Origin: a virus
Taxonomy: Duplodnaviria; Caudoviricetes
Reading direction: 5' to 3' (one strand)
Length of the DNA stretch: 64,000 nt
IMG/VR virus record: IMGVR_UViG_2687453341_000003
Coordinates: 1 to 64,000 of that record
Shown here: piece by piece, positions 45,265 through 54,936 of the stretch
Layout: each line of letters opens with the position of its first letter
Position numbering within the stretch: position 1 is the stretch's first letter
The notes under the pieces: generated by a model
Told to the model about the DNA's origin: nothing
Databases searched by the model: none
Seen by the model: only the letters and a program-made list of their open reading frames with translations
Made by a program: the position numbers and the translations under genes

Positions 45265-45610
45265 TTCCCGGACGTCCGGACGTTTAGGACGTGTTTCCCT
45301 ATACGATCTACATACGGGAAAATACACATACGTTTACCCGTCCAATAACTAACTCCTGACAAACGTCCGGAACGTCCGGAACGTCCTAAACCGCCAATGA
45401 AAATGCTGGGTAAAACGTTAGGACGTTTCGAAATCTTTATGTCCGGGAAATGTCCTAAACGTCCGGAAGTGGACACTGAGCCTCGCATGTGGGAGCAGCG
45501 AAAGTGATCGAACGCCGAACTGCTATCAGCGATTGTGATACTGATCATGAAAACAGCTCCATTTCCCGGACGTTCCCGGACGTTTGATTTTCAACGTCCG
45601 GAAGTCCTAA
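45265..45610. repeat. Cluster of (CC/TA)GGACGT direct and inverted repeats; candidate replication origin
   Basis: More than ten ACGTCC/GGACGT-type units in about 350 bp at the 3' end of the primase gene. Confidence 0.65.
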
Positions 45611-48214
45611 GCGGTCATTGTGGGCCGACTCAACGAAGACCTGGTACTGGTTGTATTGGCCGTTGAACGAGCGCTTGAATACCGCGAAGGTGCCGTCATC
45701 AAGCTTGAAACGCTCGCCAACGAATCGCCCTGCCAGCTTGCCCATGCGTGTGGTCTGAGAGCGAGGAGTCCCGTCACCGAGTTCGGATTGCAGCACAAAG
45801 TGCTTGTTTGCGAGGTCGGTTAACTCAGACGAAGACCAGATCCCCTGTGGATGATGCGCAAGCGCCGTAACGAGCTCTTCGAACTCGCGGCGCGTCTCAT
45901 CCATTTCACTGGCGGCATCTTCGGCATTGGTCATGAAGTCCGGTTCACCATTGGCTTCAAGAATTCCACCGATGATGTTGCCCCAGCCCTTCTTGTTGAA
46001 TCGAGTTTGGATCTTGGCTAGAGGCATGCCACTGGCTTTCCAGCGTTCGACCATGTTTACCAGCTCACCGAGCAGTTGCAGCCGATGCGTTTGAACGTAT
46101 GCCTCGGGATCATCCATCGAGAATGAACGCCTAGATGGGTCGCCCTCGTATTCCAGGTTGATAACAACGCAGCGAGTGATAAGGTCGCGACTCACATCAG
46201 GCGAGTTGGCGGTGATGCAGAATAGATGCGAGTTCTCAGCGCGAATCTCTTGCGAGAATCCTAGCAGACGAAAGGACAGAATCGGATCGGTGATGGATCG
46301 CTCGAGGCAGGCGGAGTCGATCTTTGGATTGCGGCCGCGTGCCTTCGCGTTGTCGATGATGATAGTCGTTACACCACGTCTGACAATCGTTCCCAGTCGC
46401 TTCTCGAACTCTTCGTCGTTCGCGTTATAGGATGCAGTCTCCACATGATGGCCATCCCGGAGGATTGCCAGAATCTGTGCAAGAACCGATTTGCCTAGCT
46501 CGGGTTGATTCCCGTTGAACAGTACAGCAGGCTTAGAACCGATGAAGCGTGAGACTAGCAGCCCCGTTAGCAGGATACCTATGTAATTAGTGCGATCGGC
46601 CGGCTTCCGCCAACAGAAGTCTCGCAGCAATGCGTCGAGATGCTTGGTCCCCTCAACGGGCTCGATGTTAGGACCAGCATAAAAGAAACCAGTCTGGGGA
46701 TCGAAACCAGGACTGACCAATCGCCAATCCTCTGTGTAGATCGGATTGTGGCTAAACAGCCGGATGGCTGGAAGGCGTTCTCTTTGCCCCACATTGTTGA
46801 GCCAGGTGTTCGCATACGAGGATGGGAGCGGCTTGTACTCACCCCCATCGTCATTCACGAAATAGAACTCGACATGCTGGTTGAGTAGACCTGTCAATTC
46901 CGCCGAGGAGAGAACCGGCGAGATCGATTGCTCCCTCACCACGACCATTTGTTCCACCCGATTGAAACAGGAGCCGGTGGCAAGTAGTCGGTCGGTGATC
47001 TGGTCCATGGTCGTGGCAACAGGCGTTGATCGCGAGTCGATCGTAATGGTTCGTCGTTCTTCGGACTCATCTGCCTGCTGGCCATCCGTTGGCGCAGCTA
47101 CTGTAGGACTTTCCTTTGGCAAACGCTTTTGCAAGCGATCGCACAACGTAGCCCGCACATCGTACTCGCCACTTTCCCAGGTTAAGTCGAAGTAGCGGCG
47201 ACCTTGCTCTGCGAACTTACCCACCGATTGCAGTCGATGCCAAACCTCATCCTTCTCGATCCCGTTTCGAATCGCATAGCAGCAGACTGCGAAGTCAGCC
47301 TCGGAACGTGCACCATCGGGAGCGATCGCACAAGCCGCAATCAACTCCGAGAGCTTGTCCGATTTTCCAGCCGATAGTTTGCGAACAGATGGCAAGGGCA
47401 TCGCCTCGATCTGCCGCCGGCGCTTGGTAGATTCGCTCGTCTTTGCAAACTTCTGAAATGCCTCGAGGGAATACCGCCTGGTTCCATCACATTCGATTAA
47501 TTCTGCTTTGCCCGGTGCGCGACCATTACGTTGATCTTTGCGATTCAATGTGCCAGGAAGCCGGAGCAACCGAGTGAGGTCCGTTGTATGATCGGCGCTG
47601 ATGGCAGACGCGATGCCAGTTAAAAGGTCTTGGGCCTGAAGTGCTTTCGGGCTTGTTTTGGTCAAATGATGGCGTTGATCCACAAAAACACGATCATTAC
47701 CATCCAGCATGTATCGTCTCGGCTTCTTTCGCCCATCGCTGCCGAGAGCCCATTCCGTTTCAATGGGAGGCGGATCGCCCGCGTCGTCGATTAGGAATGG
47801 GCGATCCAGCAGCCAGTAAAGATGCACACCGTTCCCACTGCTAACGATCGCCGTAGGTGTAGGCATCGACTGCGATGCGCATCGTTCAAGGGACTGTGCA
47901 ACGGTGCATCCATCAATATCGGCCCACAGGCATCGAATAACGCGAATCTGCCAAGCGAGGTCGAATCGCCCTTTGTTTCCTACTCGGGGGCAGACTCCGA
48001 AAAACAAGTTCGTGCGCTCCGACTCGGAACTTGCTTCCAATCGAGCCAGTGTTTGTTCAAGAGTCGTCGCCTTGGCGGGCCGATAGCAAACATTGCGATA
48101 ATCGACGCGGCTACGTTTTCGTCCACTTTCATTCCAAGTCTCCACGGGACGAAAGAGGATGAGATCGGACGGATCATACAATGTTGTCAATAAGGTGATC
48201 GCTGGATGAGTCAA
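45545..48214 (-). CDS. Primase (RepB'-like AEP) fused to an ATPase/helicase-like domain
   Basis: LWADID, SSGNGVHLYW and D.TRLLRLPGT.N.K (primase); QPELGKS and IIIDN (NTPase). Confidence 0.8.
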   Translation of the reverse strand: MTHPAITLLTTLYDPSDLILFRPVETWNESGRKRSRVDYRNVCYRPAKATTLEQTLARLEASSESERTNLFFGVCPRVGNKGRFDLAWQIRVIRCLWADIDGCTVAQSLERCASQSMPTPTAIVSSGNGVHLYWLLDRPFLIDDAGDPPPIETEWALGSDGRKKPRRYMLDGNDRVFVDQRHHLTKTSPKALQAQDLLTGIASAISADHTTDLTRLLRLPGTLNRKDQRNGRAPGKAELIECDGTRRYSLEAFQKFAKTSESTKRRRQIEAMPLPSVRKLSAGKSDKLSELIAACAIAPDGARSEADFAVCCYAIRNGIEKDEVWHRLQSVGKFAEQGRRYFDLTWESGEYDVRATLCDRLQKRLPKESPTVAAPTDGQQADESEERRTITIDSRSTPVATTMDQITDRLLATGSCFNRVEQMVVVREQSISPVLSSAELTGLLNQHVEFYFVNDDGGEYKPLPSSYANTWLNNVGQRERLPAIRLFSHNPIYTEDWRLVSPGFDPQTGFFYAGPNIEPVEGTKHLDALLRDFCWRKPADRTNYIGILLTGLLVSRFIGSKPAVLFNGNQPELGKSVLAQILAILRDGHHVETASYNANDEEFEKRLGTIVRRGVTTIIIDNAKARGRNPKIDSACLERSITDPILSFRLLGFSQEIRAENSHLFCITANSPDVSRDLITRCVVINLEYEGDPSRRSFSMDDPEAYVQTHRLQLLGELVNMVERWKASGMPLAKIQTRFNKKGWGNIIGGILEANGEPDFMTNAEDAASEMDETRREFEELVTALAHHPQGIWSSSELTDLANKHFVLQSELGDGTPRSQTTRMGKLAGRFVGERFKLDDGTFAVFKRSFNGQYNQYQVFVESAHNDRLGLPDVENQTSGNVREMELFS

Positions 48215-48480
48215 GCTGCGCCACCCTTATTTGCTTGGTCGCTGGCTGGTACCCTTACTCCCATCGATTTCAAGACTCGCAACCCATGGTCCGTTTCACA
48301 AAACCGAACCACAGGCTCGTTCTCATCTGATAGTGATGCAAGCTGAGCCCAGCTAACGCTTTTCCATTTGCGACAGCGGTATGCACGAATGGCAATCCCA
48401 GAATCATCGAAACGAACAACAAGGTTTAGACTTGGGAAATGCCGGACGATTGGGCGACTGAAACGGGTGAGTTGCGACAT
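48211..48480 (-). CDS. Hypothetical protein
   Basis: Tightly packed in the replication operon. Confidence 0.6.
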   Translation of the reverse strand: MSQLTRFSRPIVRHFPSLNLVVRFDDSGIAIRAYRCRKWKSVSWAQLASLSDENEPVVRFCETDHGLRVLKSMGVRVPASDQANKGGAA

Positions 48481-48482
48481 GG

Positions 48483-48866
48483 CTAGGCGATCTCCATGCT
48501 GGGAGAAAGCGATTGCGACGTCTCATCGCTGAGTTGAACCCTGATTGTGCCGCTCTTCTGCGCTTCGTGCTTGATCGAGAGTAACCAGACAACTTGCGAG
48601 TCATCCCAGAAAGCGCCGGCATGTTGTAACGCATCGAGTACAGATTTTTGTACGTTATCTGCGTCGCGCCGACGATCATCCGGCGGGGTTATGTCGATAC
48701 GAATCGCTAGCGGTCCCATCAAAGGTTTGATACCAGCGGCGATCGCCATTCGTCGAACCTGATGACGATAGGTCCTCGCATCCTTTGAAAGCACGGGACG
48801 TCCTTGGTAGTAGCTGAAGTAATGATTTATCGACGGTGGGTAAGGGAGTGTGAGCTCGGTAACCAT
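48483..48866 (-). CDS. rusA: RusA-family Holliday junction resolvase
   Basis: LPYPPSIN.Y, PPD.RRRD.DN..K..LDAL and DDSQV motifs. Confidence 0.92.
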   Translation of the reverse strand: MVTELTLPYPPSINHYFSYYQGRPVLSKDARTYRHQVRRMAIAAGIKPLMGPLAIRIDITPPDDRRRDADNVQKSVLDALQHAGAFWDDSQVVWLLSIKHEAQKSGTIRVQLSDETSQSLSPSMEIA

Positions 48867-48982
48867 CCCTGCTTCCTTTTGCTGAAATAGAAAAAGCTGG
48901 AACGGAGCGAATGGCCGATTAGCAACGACTCATTCGCTTTGCCCGTCCCAGCCGCACCCGTGCGAACTCAAGCCGCTTGTGA

Positions 48983-49447
48983 TCAGAACGGTATATCCCC
49001 TGATGATGGGACTTCACCGCTTGATGCCGCAGCAAGACGAATGCGTCGATTGAAGTAGACGTTGGTGTAGTCACCACGAGTCCGCTTCGTGACTTCCAAG
49101 GTCACATCGAGCAGTTCTTCGAGTCGCCCAGACAATTCGCTGAATTTGGAAAGTTCGATCCCCAGCGTTTTTAGGTCTCCCTTTACATAGGGAATCGACG
49201 CTTGGGTGATGACCGAGTTCTTGAAGATGTGGCGGCCGGCCTGGGAGCCAGACATCACTTCCAAATCGAACTTAATCATCGGATCGCCCTTCTGACTTGA
49301 CTCAAGCTTCACCGACTCGATGCGAGCTTGATACTTGCCATCGGGGACTTCGTCGTACTCCGGTGCCTCCGCAGTTTCGAACTCTTCATCGAACGACGAC
49401 AAATCGACCGAGGGATTGTTGGGTTCGTATTCTTCGTAATCGCTCAT
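48983..49447 (-). CDS. DUF669-like phage ssDNA-binding protein
   Basis: VPDGKY.A.I and S.KG.PM motifs; C-terminal DIPF tail. Confidence 0.8.
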   Translation of the reverse strand: MSDYEEYEPNNPSVDLSSFDEEFETAEAPEYDEVPDGKYQARIESVKLESSQKGDPMIKFDLEVMSGSQAGRHIFKNSVITQASIPYVKGDLKTLGIELSKFSELSGRLEELLDVTLEVTKRTRGDYTNVYFNRRIRLAAASSGEVPSSGDIPF

Positions 49448-51300
49448 TACTTAACAGCCTTTCCTGCTGGGGTGCTGCCCGGATTGGAAGAAGACGCAGC
49501 AGAGCCTTTGCCGGGCGCAGGGCTCTGTGCGGTTGAATTTGATGTGTTGCCGCTGAATGCCGAATTGAAAGCGGCATAGCTCAGTGGCAGCATTTCTGGC
49601 AAGCGACCCGTGCGATCGCCGGCTTCGTAAGTGGGATGCGGCTTGGTTCGGAGCACGCGATCGACAACAAGATTGCCTGCAGCGTCCTTACGCGAGACCG
49701 AGTCACCGTAGAGGATGATGTCGACTAGGCCCAACACAACGTTGCGAGCCCGATCAGGCAAGCTTGGGGTCGTTTTGGTGTATTCCCCGGTTCGCGTTTC
49801 AATTGTCTTGTCGACGGCATGCGAAATGAGAATCAAGCCGTATGGCAAACTAGCCAAACGCGTCAGTACTCGATGCCATTCGTTCTTGACCAGAGCCCAG
49901 CCTTTGCCGTGGCCCATGTCCCCTTCGTACTCGATGCCATGTTTGGCACAGACATAGTCCGAGCACATCTTGAAGGCGTTGTCGACCGTGTCGATCACCA
50001 ACGTCTTGAAGTTGTGATCACCCTTGGCGATGAGTTTGCAAGCTTCCAGGAATGTTTCCCACGAATAGGTTGGCACCTTGAACACTTCCAAGTGATTAAG
50101 ACCTGGCTCGCATTCGAAGAACATCGCCTCCGGGAATTGGGAAGCAAAACTCGAGTTATGAACGACGAAGTCGTTGGCTACGAAGTTATGAGTGTCCGGA
50201 ATTGTGAGATCGTAGATTCGACCGGTGCCCAATGGAACAATACTCTTGATGCGATCAAAAAGTATGTTCCCCTGACGATCTAACTGTGTTGAAGCGGCGC
50301 GAATGGAGTATAAGCCTTGGCGAAGTTGCTCAGCCGCGATTTGCTTCTCGCCAAATACACCGATGTCGTCCAGAAATCGCAAGATGTCTTCTTTGGCGGC
50401 GATGTACAGCTCTGCGCCGTACAGCTCACCATCGATAAATCGATCTCGCATGAGACTGACGATTCCAAATCGCAGTAGCAGATGCTGAACCTGTCTCACC
50501 ATTCGAATTGACTTCGAACTGTATGAGACCTTTTTCTTTTCGACCGAACCATCACAGCTAAACAAGCGATTCAAAAAGAGTGCCATTCGCTCTCGTTGAA
50601 GACCGAATACAAAATCGGGAATGAATTTATCGCCAGATCGCAAGCCGTCGATGCCATGTTCTCGAATGAATCGCAAGACATTATTGCGACCAATACGCCC
50701 ACCCTTCACTCGCACCTGTGGGATGCCTTGATCATTGACGAACTCAAGGAATTCATCGCCAATCGATTCAACGGCCTGCTTGAAATCTTCGCGAACTTCT
50801 TCGTCAACCTTCGTAAATACTGGACTCGTACCGCCGAGGCTCCCATCAGCTAAGAGGTAAGCCAGGACTTTGAGAAATTCGGGTTCTGTCCGGACTGTAC
50901 CGAACAGTGACGAATACTCAGCGACGACACCGATTTTGTCATTCTCTTTCAATACGCTTAGCGGTGCCCATCCTTCGCGGGTTAAGAAGGGATGCTCAGC
51001 AGTCGCATCGATAGTGCGGCCTGACTGCGTCGTGATCCGAAACAACATGGCTTCGCCGTTGTCGATGTAGTCGGTTGGATCAGCTGACTTGATGATGCCG
51101 GCCATCCCCATCGATAAGACTGTGCCTTCCTTGCTGGTCACAAGGTCTGCCAAGGTAACTGGCTGCCCAGAAGTTGGGTCATATAGGACTGTATTGCCAG
51201 CGAGACACTTGCCTAGTTTTGGAACGCCATAGAGCAAGATCGACTGCTTTGCCAAGTCGGTGGTCGGCCTGGTCTTGGCTGTTGGTAGAGTCAGTGTCAT
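49447..51300 (-). CDS. AAA-family (Sak4-like) recombination ATPase interrupted by an intein
   Basis: Walker A YGVPKLGK|S split by the insert; LVIDTVD, LILISH and VDIILY motifs. Confidence 0.88.
   Translation of the reverse strand: MTLTLPTAKTRPTTDLAKQSILLYGVPKLGKCLAGNTVLYDPTSGQPVTLADLVTSKEGTVLSMGMAGIIKSADPTDYIDNGEAMLFRITTQSGRTIDATAEHPFLTREGWAPLSVLKENDKIGVVAEYSSLFGTVRTEPEFLKVLAYLLADGSLGGTSPVFTKVDEEVREDFKQAVESIGDEFLEFVNDQGIPQVRVKGGRIGRNNVLRFIREHGIDGLRSGDKFIPDFVFGLQRERMALFLNRLFSCDGSVEKKKVSYSSKSIRMVRQVQHLLLRFGIVSLMRDRFIDGELYGAELYIAAKEDILRFLDDIGVFGEKQIAAEQLRQGLYSIRAASTQLDRQGNILFDRIKSIVPLGTGRIYDLTIPDTHNFVANDFVVHNSSFASQFPEAMFFECEPGLNHLEVFKVPTYSWETFLEACKLIAKGDHNFKTLVIDTVDNAFKMCSDYVCAKHGIEYEGDMGHGKGWALVKNEWHRVLTRLASLPYGLILISHAVDKTIETRTGEYTKTTPSLPDRARNVVLGLVDIILYGDSVSRKDAAGNLVVDRVLRTKPHPTYEAGDRTGRLPEMLPLSYAAFNSAFSGNTSNSTAQSPAPGKGSAASSSNPGSTPAGKAVK
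50155..51207 (-). mobile_element. Intein with a LAGLIDADG homing endonuclease (351 aa)
   Basis: Starts CLAGNT, block B AT.EHPF, endonuclease blocks LAYLLADG and LNRLFSCDG, ends YDLTI..THNFVAN.FVVHN followed by Ser+1. Confidence 0.95.
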
Positions 51301-51320
51301 AAATGAGAATTCCTTTCAAA

Positions 51321-52367
51321 TCAGAACGGGGGTGCTTCAGAATCAACACGAGATAGCTCTTCGTTAGGGAGAGCGATCTCGTACAGGTTGTCAGCGACGT
51401 TTGGATTGAATCCCGACTGGCAATACGCTAAGTACTCGCAGGGTCGTTGGTACGAGAAACAGTTCGAGGTATTCAGCAGCCATTTGCCACGTCGGCGGGC
51501 ATCGAGGTATTGCTGCGTGATCTCCCAGACCTCGTCTTGCAACATGGCGAGACGGTCTTCGGAGAGATAAATGAACTCGCGATGGAAGGCCTCGGGACGG
51601 GAATACCATTCCGTTAGCCGGACTTGGAACTCATCGTCGGTCTCAGGCATCTGCCGCTTGGCGGTTGACTTGCCGCTCTTGTTCTTGGCTGCCAATTCGG
51701 CTTTGCGAGCCTCGTACTCTTCCTGCGTTTCGCCTTTCCCTTGCTTGAGCCGACTCTTGAGCAACACGTTGTAGATGACGCCCACGATCGGATAGCCCAA
51801 CTCTCGTAGGTAATGGCAGTACAAGGCGATTTGAGTGTCGGTCCACAGTTTATCGAGATAGCTCGAATCAACCGTGGATGCCGTTTTATGCTCAATCAGG
51901 TACAAACCATCGTGGCAATGAACGATGCCATCAACCTTGCCAGCGATACGGAATGTTTGACTTTGCCGACCCGTATCAGGGTTGCGGATCTCGCCGACGA
52001 ACTCCTTTTCCACTTCGACAATCTCGAACTCTTCGATTGCATAGCGTTCGGCGTAGCCACGGATCATCGCCGTTGCTAGATGCCACTGAACCATCTGGTT
52101 CGAATCAGCGAGGCGATCTTCAAAAGCATCATCAATGTACGTGAGCACATCGCGTAGCCGCGATTCCGCATTTTGCGACCGATACCAAAGCTCGATCGCC
52201 GTATGGATAACGCTCCCGAACGACAACGCCTCTGCACGCTCACGCGGTCGCAATTTATCGAGATAGCGGTTCTTATACTTTCTTGGACAATTGCGAAACG
52301 TATTCAGCGCTGAATAGGTCAGTAGCGTCTTGTCGTTCGCAGCGGATGGCGCAATAACTTGAGACAT
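51321..52367 (-). CDS. PD-(D/E)XK exonuclease (RecB/Cas4-like phage recombination nuclease)
   Basis: YS.L..F..CPRKY, GS..H, GKVDG, IEHKT, Q..LY and a C-terminal Cys cluster. Confidence 0.88.
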   Translation of the reverse strand: MSQVIAPSAANDKTLLTYSALNTFRNCPRKYKNRYLDKLRPRERAEALSFGSVIHTAIELWYRSQNAESRLRDVLTYIDDAFEDRLADSNQMVQWHLATAMIRGYAERYAIEEFEIVEVEKEFVGEIRNPDTGRQSQTFRIAGKVDGIVHCHDGLYLIEHKTASTVDSSYLDKLWTDTQIALYCHYLRELGYPIVGVIYNVLLKSRLKQGKGETQEEYEARKAELAAKNKSGKSTAKRQMPETDDEFQVRLTEWYSRPEAFHREFIYLSEDRLAMLQDEVWEITQQYLDARRRGKWLLNTSNCFSYQRPCEYLAYCQSGFNPNVADNLYEIALPNEELSRVDSEAPPF

Positions 52368-52390
52368 GGTTTTTCCGTTACAGAATCGGG

Positions 52391-52630
52391 CTAATTGAAT
52401 TGGGAATCGGTGTTAGTCACTTCGTATATGCATGGCTCTTCAATGATGATTCCATTCAGTCGCTTCACGCCACGCTCAAGAGCCAGCTGCGCTTCGCTAA
52501 CTTTCAGTGATGCGTTGATTCGCGCACAGTCTCGGCAGATGCGGTTTCCAGCGCCGCTTGATCGAAACTCTTGATTGCACTTGAGGCAGCGTCGTTCTCC
52601 GGGATCGGTTGGTCGTAATGGCTTGTTCAC
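52391..52630 (-). CDS. Small zinc-finger protein
   Basis: RRCLKC...F.S.G.GNRIC..C motif. Confidence 0.75.
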   Translation of the reverse strand: MNKPLRPTDPGERRCLKCNQEFRSSGAGNRICRDCARINASLKVSEAQLALERGVKRLNGIIIEEPCIYEVTNTDSQFN

Positions 52631-52678
52631 GGTGTCACTTTCAAGAGGCAGGGATGAGGACGCGAATCAACCAGGCAG

Positions 52679-52930
52679 CTAGAGCAGCTCGAGTTCCTCG
52701 ACCTCGAAGTTGCGTTCCTGGTCGGAAGTGACCAAGTAATGCTTGAAGTCGATCTTGGTAACGAAGCGGCTTGGCTCAACCAGTTGGTCTCTCAGTCCCG
52801 AACACGCTTCGTTGAACTCCCTGGATGCTGCTTCGAAATGCTCAACAGCACGCAGGTACCGTCCGACTGCACGGGAAACGTTGACACGGGTCTCGACATT
52901 GGTTGTGGATGCTGACATGGATCTCTTCAT
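52679..52930 (-). CDS. Hypothetical protein
   Basis: First gene after the bipartite promoter motif; start uncertain. Confidence 0.6.
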   Translation of the reverse strand: MKRSMSASTTNVETRVNVSRAVGRYLRAVEHFEAASREFNEACSGLRDQLVEPSRFVTKIDFKHYLVTSDQERNFEVEELELL

Positions 52931-52972
52931 TGCAGTCACTTGGGAATGGTGGGTTGATTTGCCCTCTACCTC

Positions 52973-53002
52973 TTGAACTACTCAGCAAAGTGGCAAACTG
53001 GC
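52973..53002 (-). promoter_or_regulatory. Bipartite motif GCCAGTT-N11-TGAGTAGTTCAA upstream of the replication operon
   Basis: Flanks also resemble the 35289 copy; lies just downstream of the sigma gene. Confidence 0.7.
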
Positions 53003-53021
53003 GAAAGACTTTCAAAACTTT

Positions 53022-53615
53022 TCAGGCGATGTACTCGCGGAGTCCTTCTGCCTCGAATTGATCGGCGATCTGCCGGATCCAGCATCGAAGGGTCGACCTT
53101 GGGACGCCCATGAGTTCCGCCACCCGAGGTAGGGAGTGTGTTTTTCGCAATTCAAGCATCTGTTGCCATTGTTCAGGCAGTCGAGAAATCGCGATGGCAA
53201 GATCGGAAGCCAAGTCTTTCAATTCGTTGACCGGCTTGCGGTCGATTTGCAACCTGGCGTCACAGATCGACTCATCGAGCGTGTACTGCAAATCGATGGG
53301 ACTCTCACCGGGAATGGGTACAGGCACATTCAATGACTGGATTTGACTCTGGCCTTTGAACAGAGACGCACCGTCCCTGATCAGTGTGCTGGTTTGTCGT
53401 TCAACGACGGTGGTAACAAAAACGTTTCGGTGAGCGATCTGCGGGTCAAATGAGGGCATTGCCTCTATGACCTTTGTCAGAAGAGCGTGCTCGATCGATT
53501 CTAGATCCTGCTCTGAAAAGCCAGCCCTCTTCACGATCTGCATTGCTTTGCGGCGAATGATGCCGCGGGTGAACTTGTCGTTGATAACATCAAATGACTG
53601 GGACATGCGTGCCAT
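53022..53615 (-). CDS. Phage-encoded sigma-70/ECF-like sigma factor
   Basis: Region-2-like DLE..E..LL.......FDP and region-4 HTH AISRLP...S..RVAELMGVPRSTL. Confidence 0.8.
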   Translation of the reverse strand: MARMSQSFDVINDKFTRGIIRRKAMQIVKRAGFSEQDLESIEHALLTKVIEAMPSFDPQIAHRNVFVTTVVERQTSTLIRDGASLFKGQSQIQSLNVPVPIPGESPIDLQYTLDESICDARLQIDRKPVNELKDLASDLAIAISRLPEQWQQMLELRKTHSLPRVAELMGVPRSTLRCWIRQIADQFEAEGLREYIA

Positions 53616-53883
53616 TCCTTGGCCGGCACACCAGCACAGCGTCCTAGCGACAGACCGTCCCGAAGGGCTTGGAAGCGGTGCTGATCTGCTGCGGCAAGGG
53701 AGACTTGTCGAAGCGTCGTTGGCCTGTCGCTCATGACTGACGACATGTCGCTGCTAAGCCGAAGAATCTCGAAAGTTGCTTGGCAGGTAATGAATTGGAC
53801 AGCGAAATCGCGAGGCTTTCGAAGATAGGAAAATCCAAGAAATCTGCGAACGACTCAGCGACATGTCGCTGCGACAAGCCAGG

Positions 53884-54936
53884 TCAGGGTTCTGGATCGA
53901 GAGCAAAAAGAGTCTGCCAACCGCAGCGATCGGGCATCCAACGAATCGGATCGTCGGAAATGCCGAAGAACTCACAAAGCGTTTCGCTAAGCCGTTCTTT
54001 ACGTTTCTGGTTTTGACGGCTGGCACCAGGTGATGTCCAAGTCAACGTGCCATAGCTTTTCGCAAACGCTCGCAACAATTCCCATTGAACATTCGAGCGT
54101 TTGTTGCCAGCCCGGGAGAACCCCATCTCGGTAAAGTGGTAGCGACCAACCACACCATTGGCTGTAATGGAAACAGTATCAATATCCAGAAACCGAATTT
54201 TGATTGCTGACCAGGAACAATTTGGTGGAGTTGGGAATCCTGGCGCGGTGATTTTGGCTGATTGCTTCGGCAGAAACTGCTGTAGAAAGGACGTGATGCT
54301 CTCCAGAACCGGTTGGGTAAACGCAATCGCGTTCGATTCCGTAGGCTGAGTTACCTCGGCAAGAGATAGCAACAAACCGCGCCGTTCATGCAACAGACGA
54401 CCACAAAGAGAGTCGATCGGTTTGGTTCGTAGACGCAACACTACAAACGGCTGATTCGTTTGGTCGCCTATGGTAGTTAGAGTGTCCAACAATGGCCCTG
54501 ACGCTAAGAACAGAGGGAACGCGAATCCCATTTGTGGATGCGCAGTCCCCCAATGCCAAACTGACCTCGTGCACGCAGAGGTTGCCGAGCGATGAAAACC
54601 ACTTTGACAGCAGAGTGAATCGGCCACTCGCACCCAATCGATTCCAAAGACTGTAACTTCAGCACGGTCAATGGATCGGCTACGATGCGAGTCCTCATCG
54701 TAGATCAAATATCGATAAGGCTCATCTTCTGCAACTTTGAGCCATCGGCTCCTATCTCCCTGCCATGGAACCGCGCTGGCAACCTCCTGAGTGGGAACGA
54801 GCCAGCGTCTGGCTTGTTCGAAATCAGTATCTAAGAGGATCCGCCAGTGTGCGAGAGACGTTCGCTGCTCAGGCACCGCGGCTGCTGTGAGCCAAAGACG
54901 CTCCACCCAGCTTGAATGGCACAATGATTTTGCCAT
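53884..54936 (-). CDS. Conserved hypothetical protein with a C-terminal winged-helix-like region
   Basis: 350-aa ORF; FPTP....W..I.IRF and F.EMGF motifs. Confidence 0.7.
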   Translation of the reverse strand: MAKSLCHSSWVERLWLTAAAVPEQRTSLAHWRILLDTDFEQARRWLVPTQEVASAVPWQGDRSRWLKVAEDEPYRYLIYDEDSHRSRSIDRAEVTVFGIDWVRVADSLCCQSGFHRSATSACTRSVWHWGTAHPQMGFAFPLFLASGPLLDTLTTIGDQTNQPFVVLRLRTKPIDSLCGRLLHERRGLLLSLAEVTQPTESNAIAFTQPVLESITSFLQQFLPKQSAKITAPGFPTPPNCSWSAIKIRFLDIDTVSITANGVVGRYHFTEMGFSRAGNKRSNVQWELLRAFAKSYGTLTWTSPGASRQNQKRKERLSETLCEFFGISDDPIRWMPDRCGWQTLFALDPEP

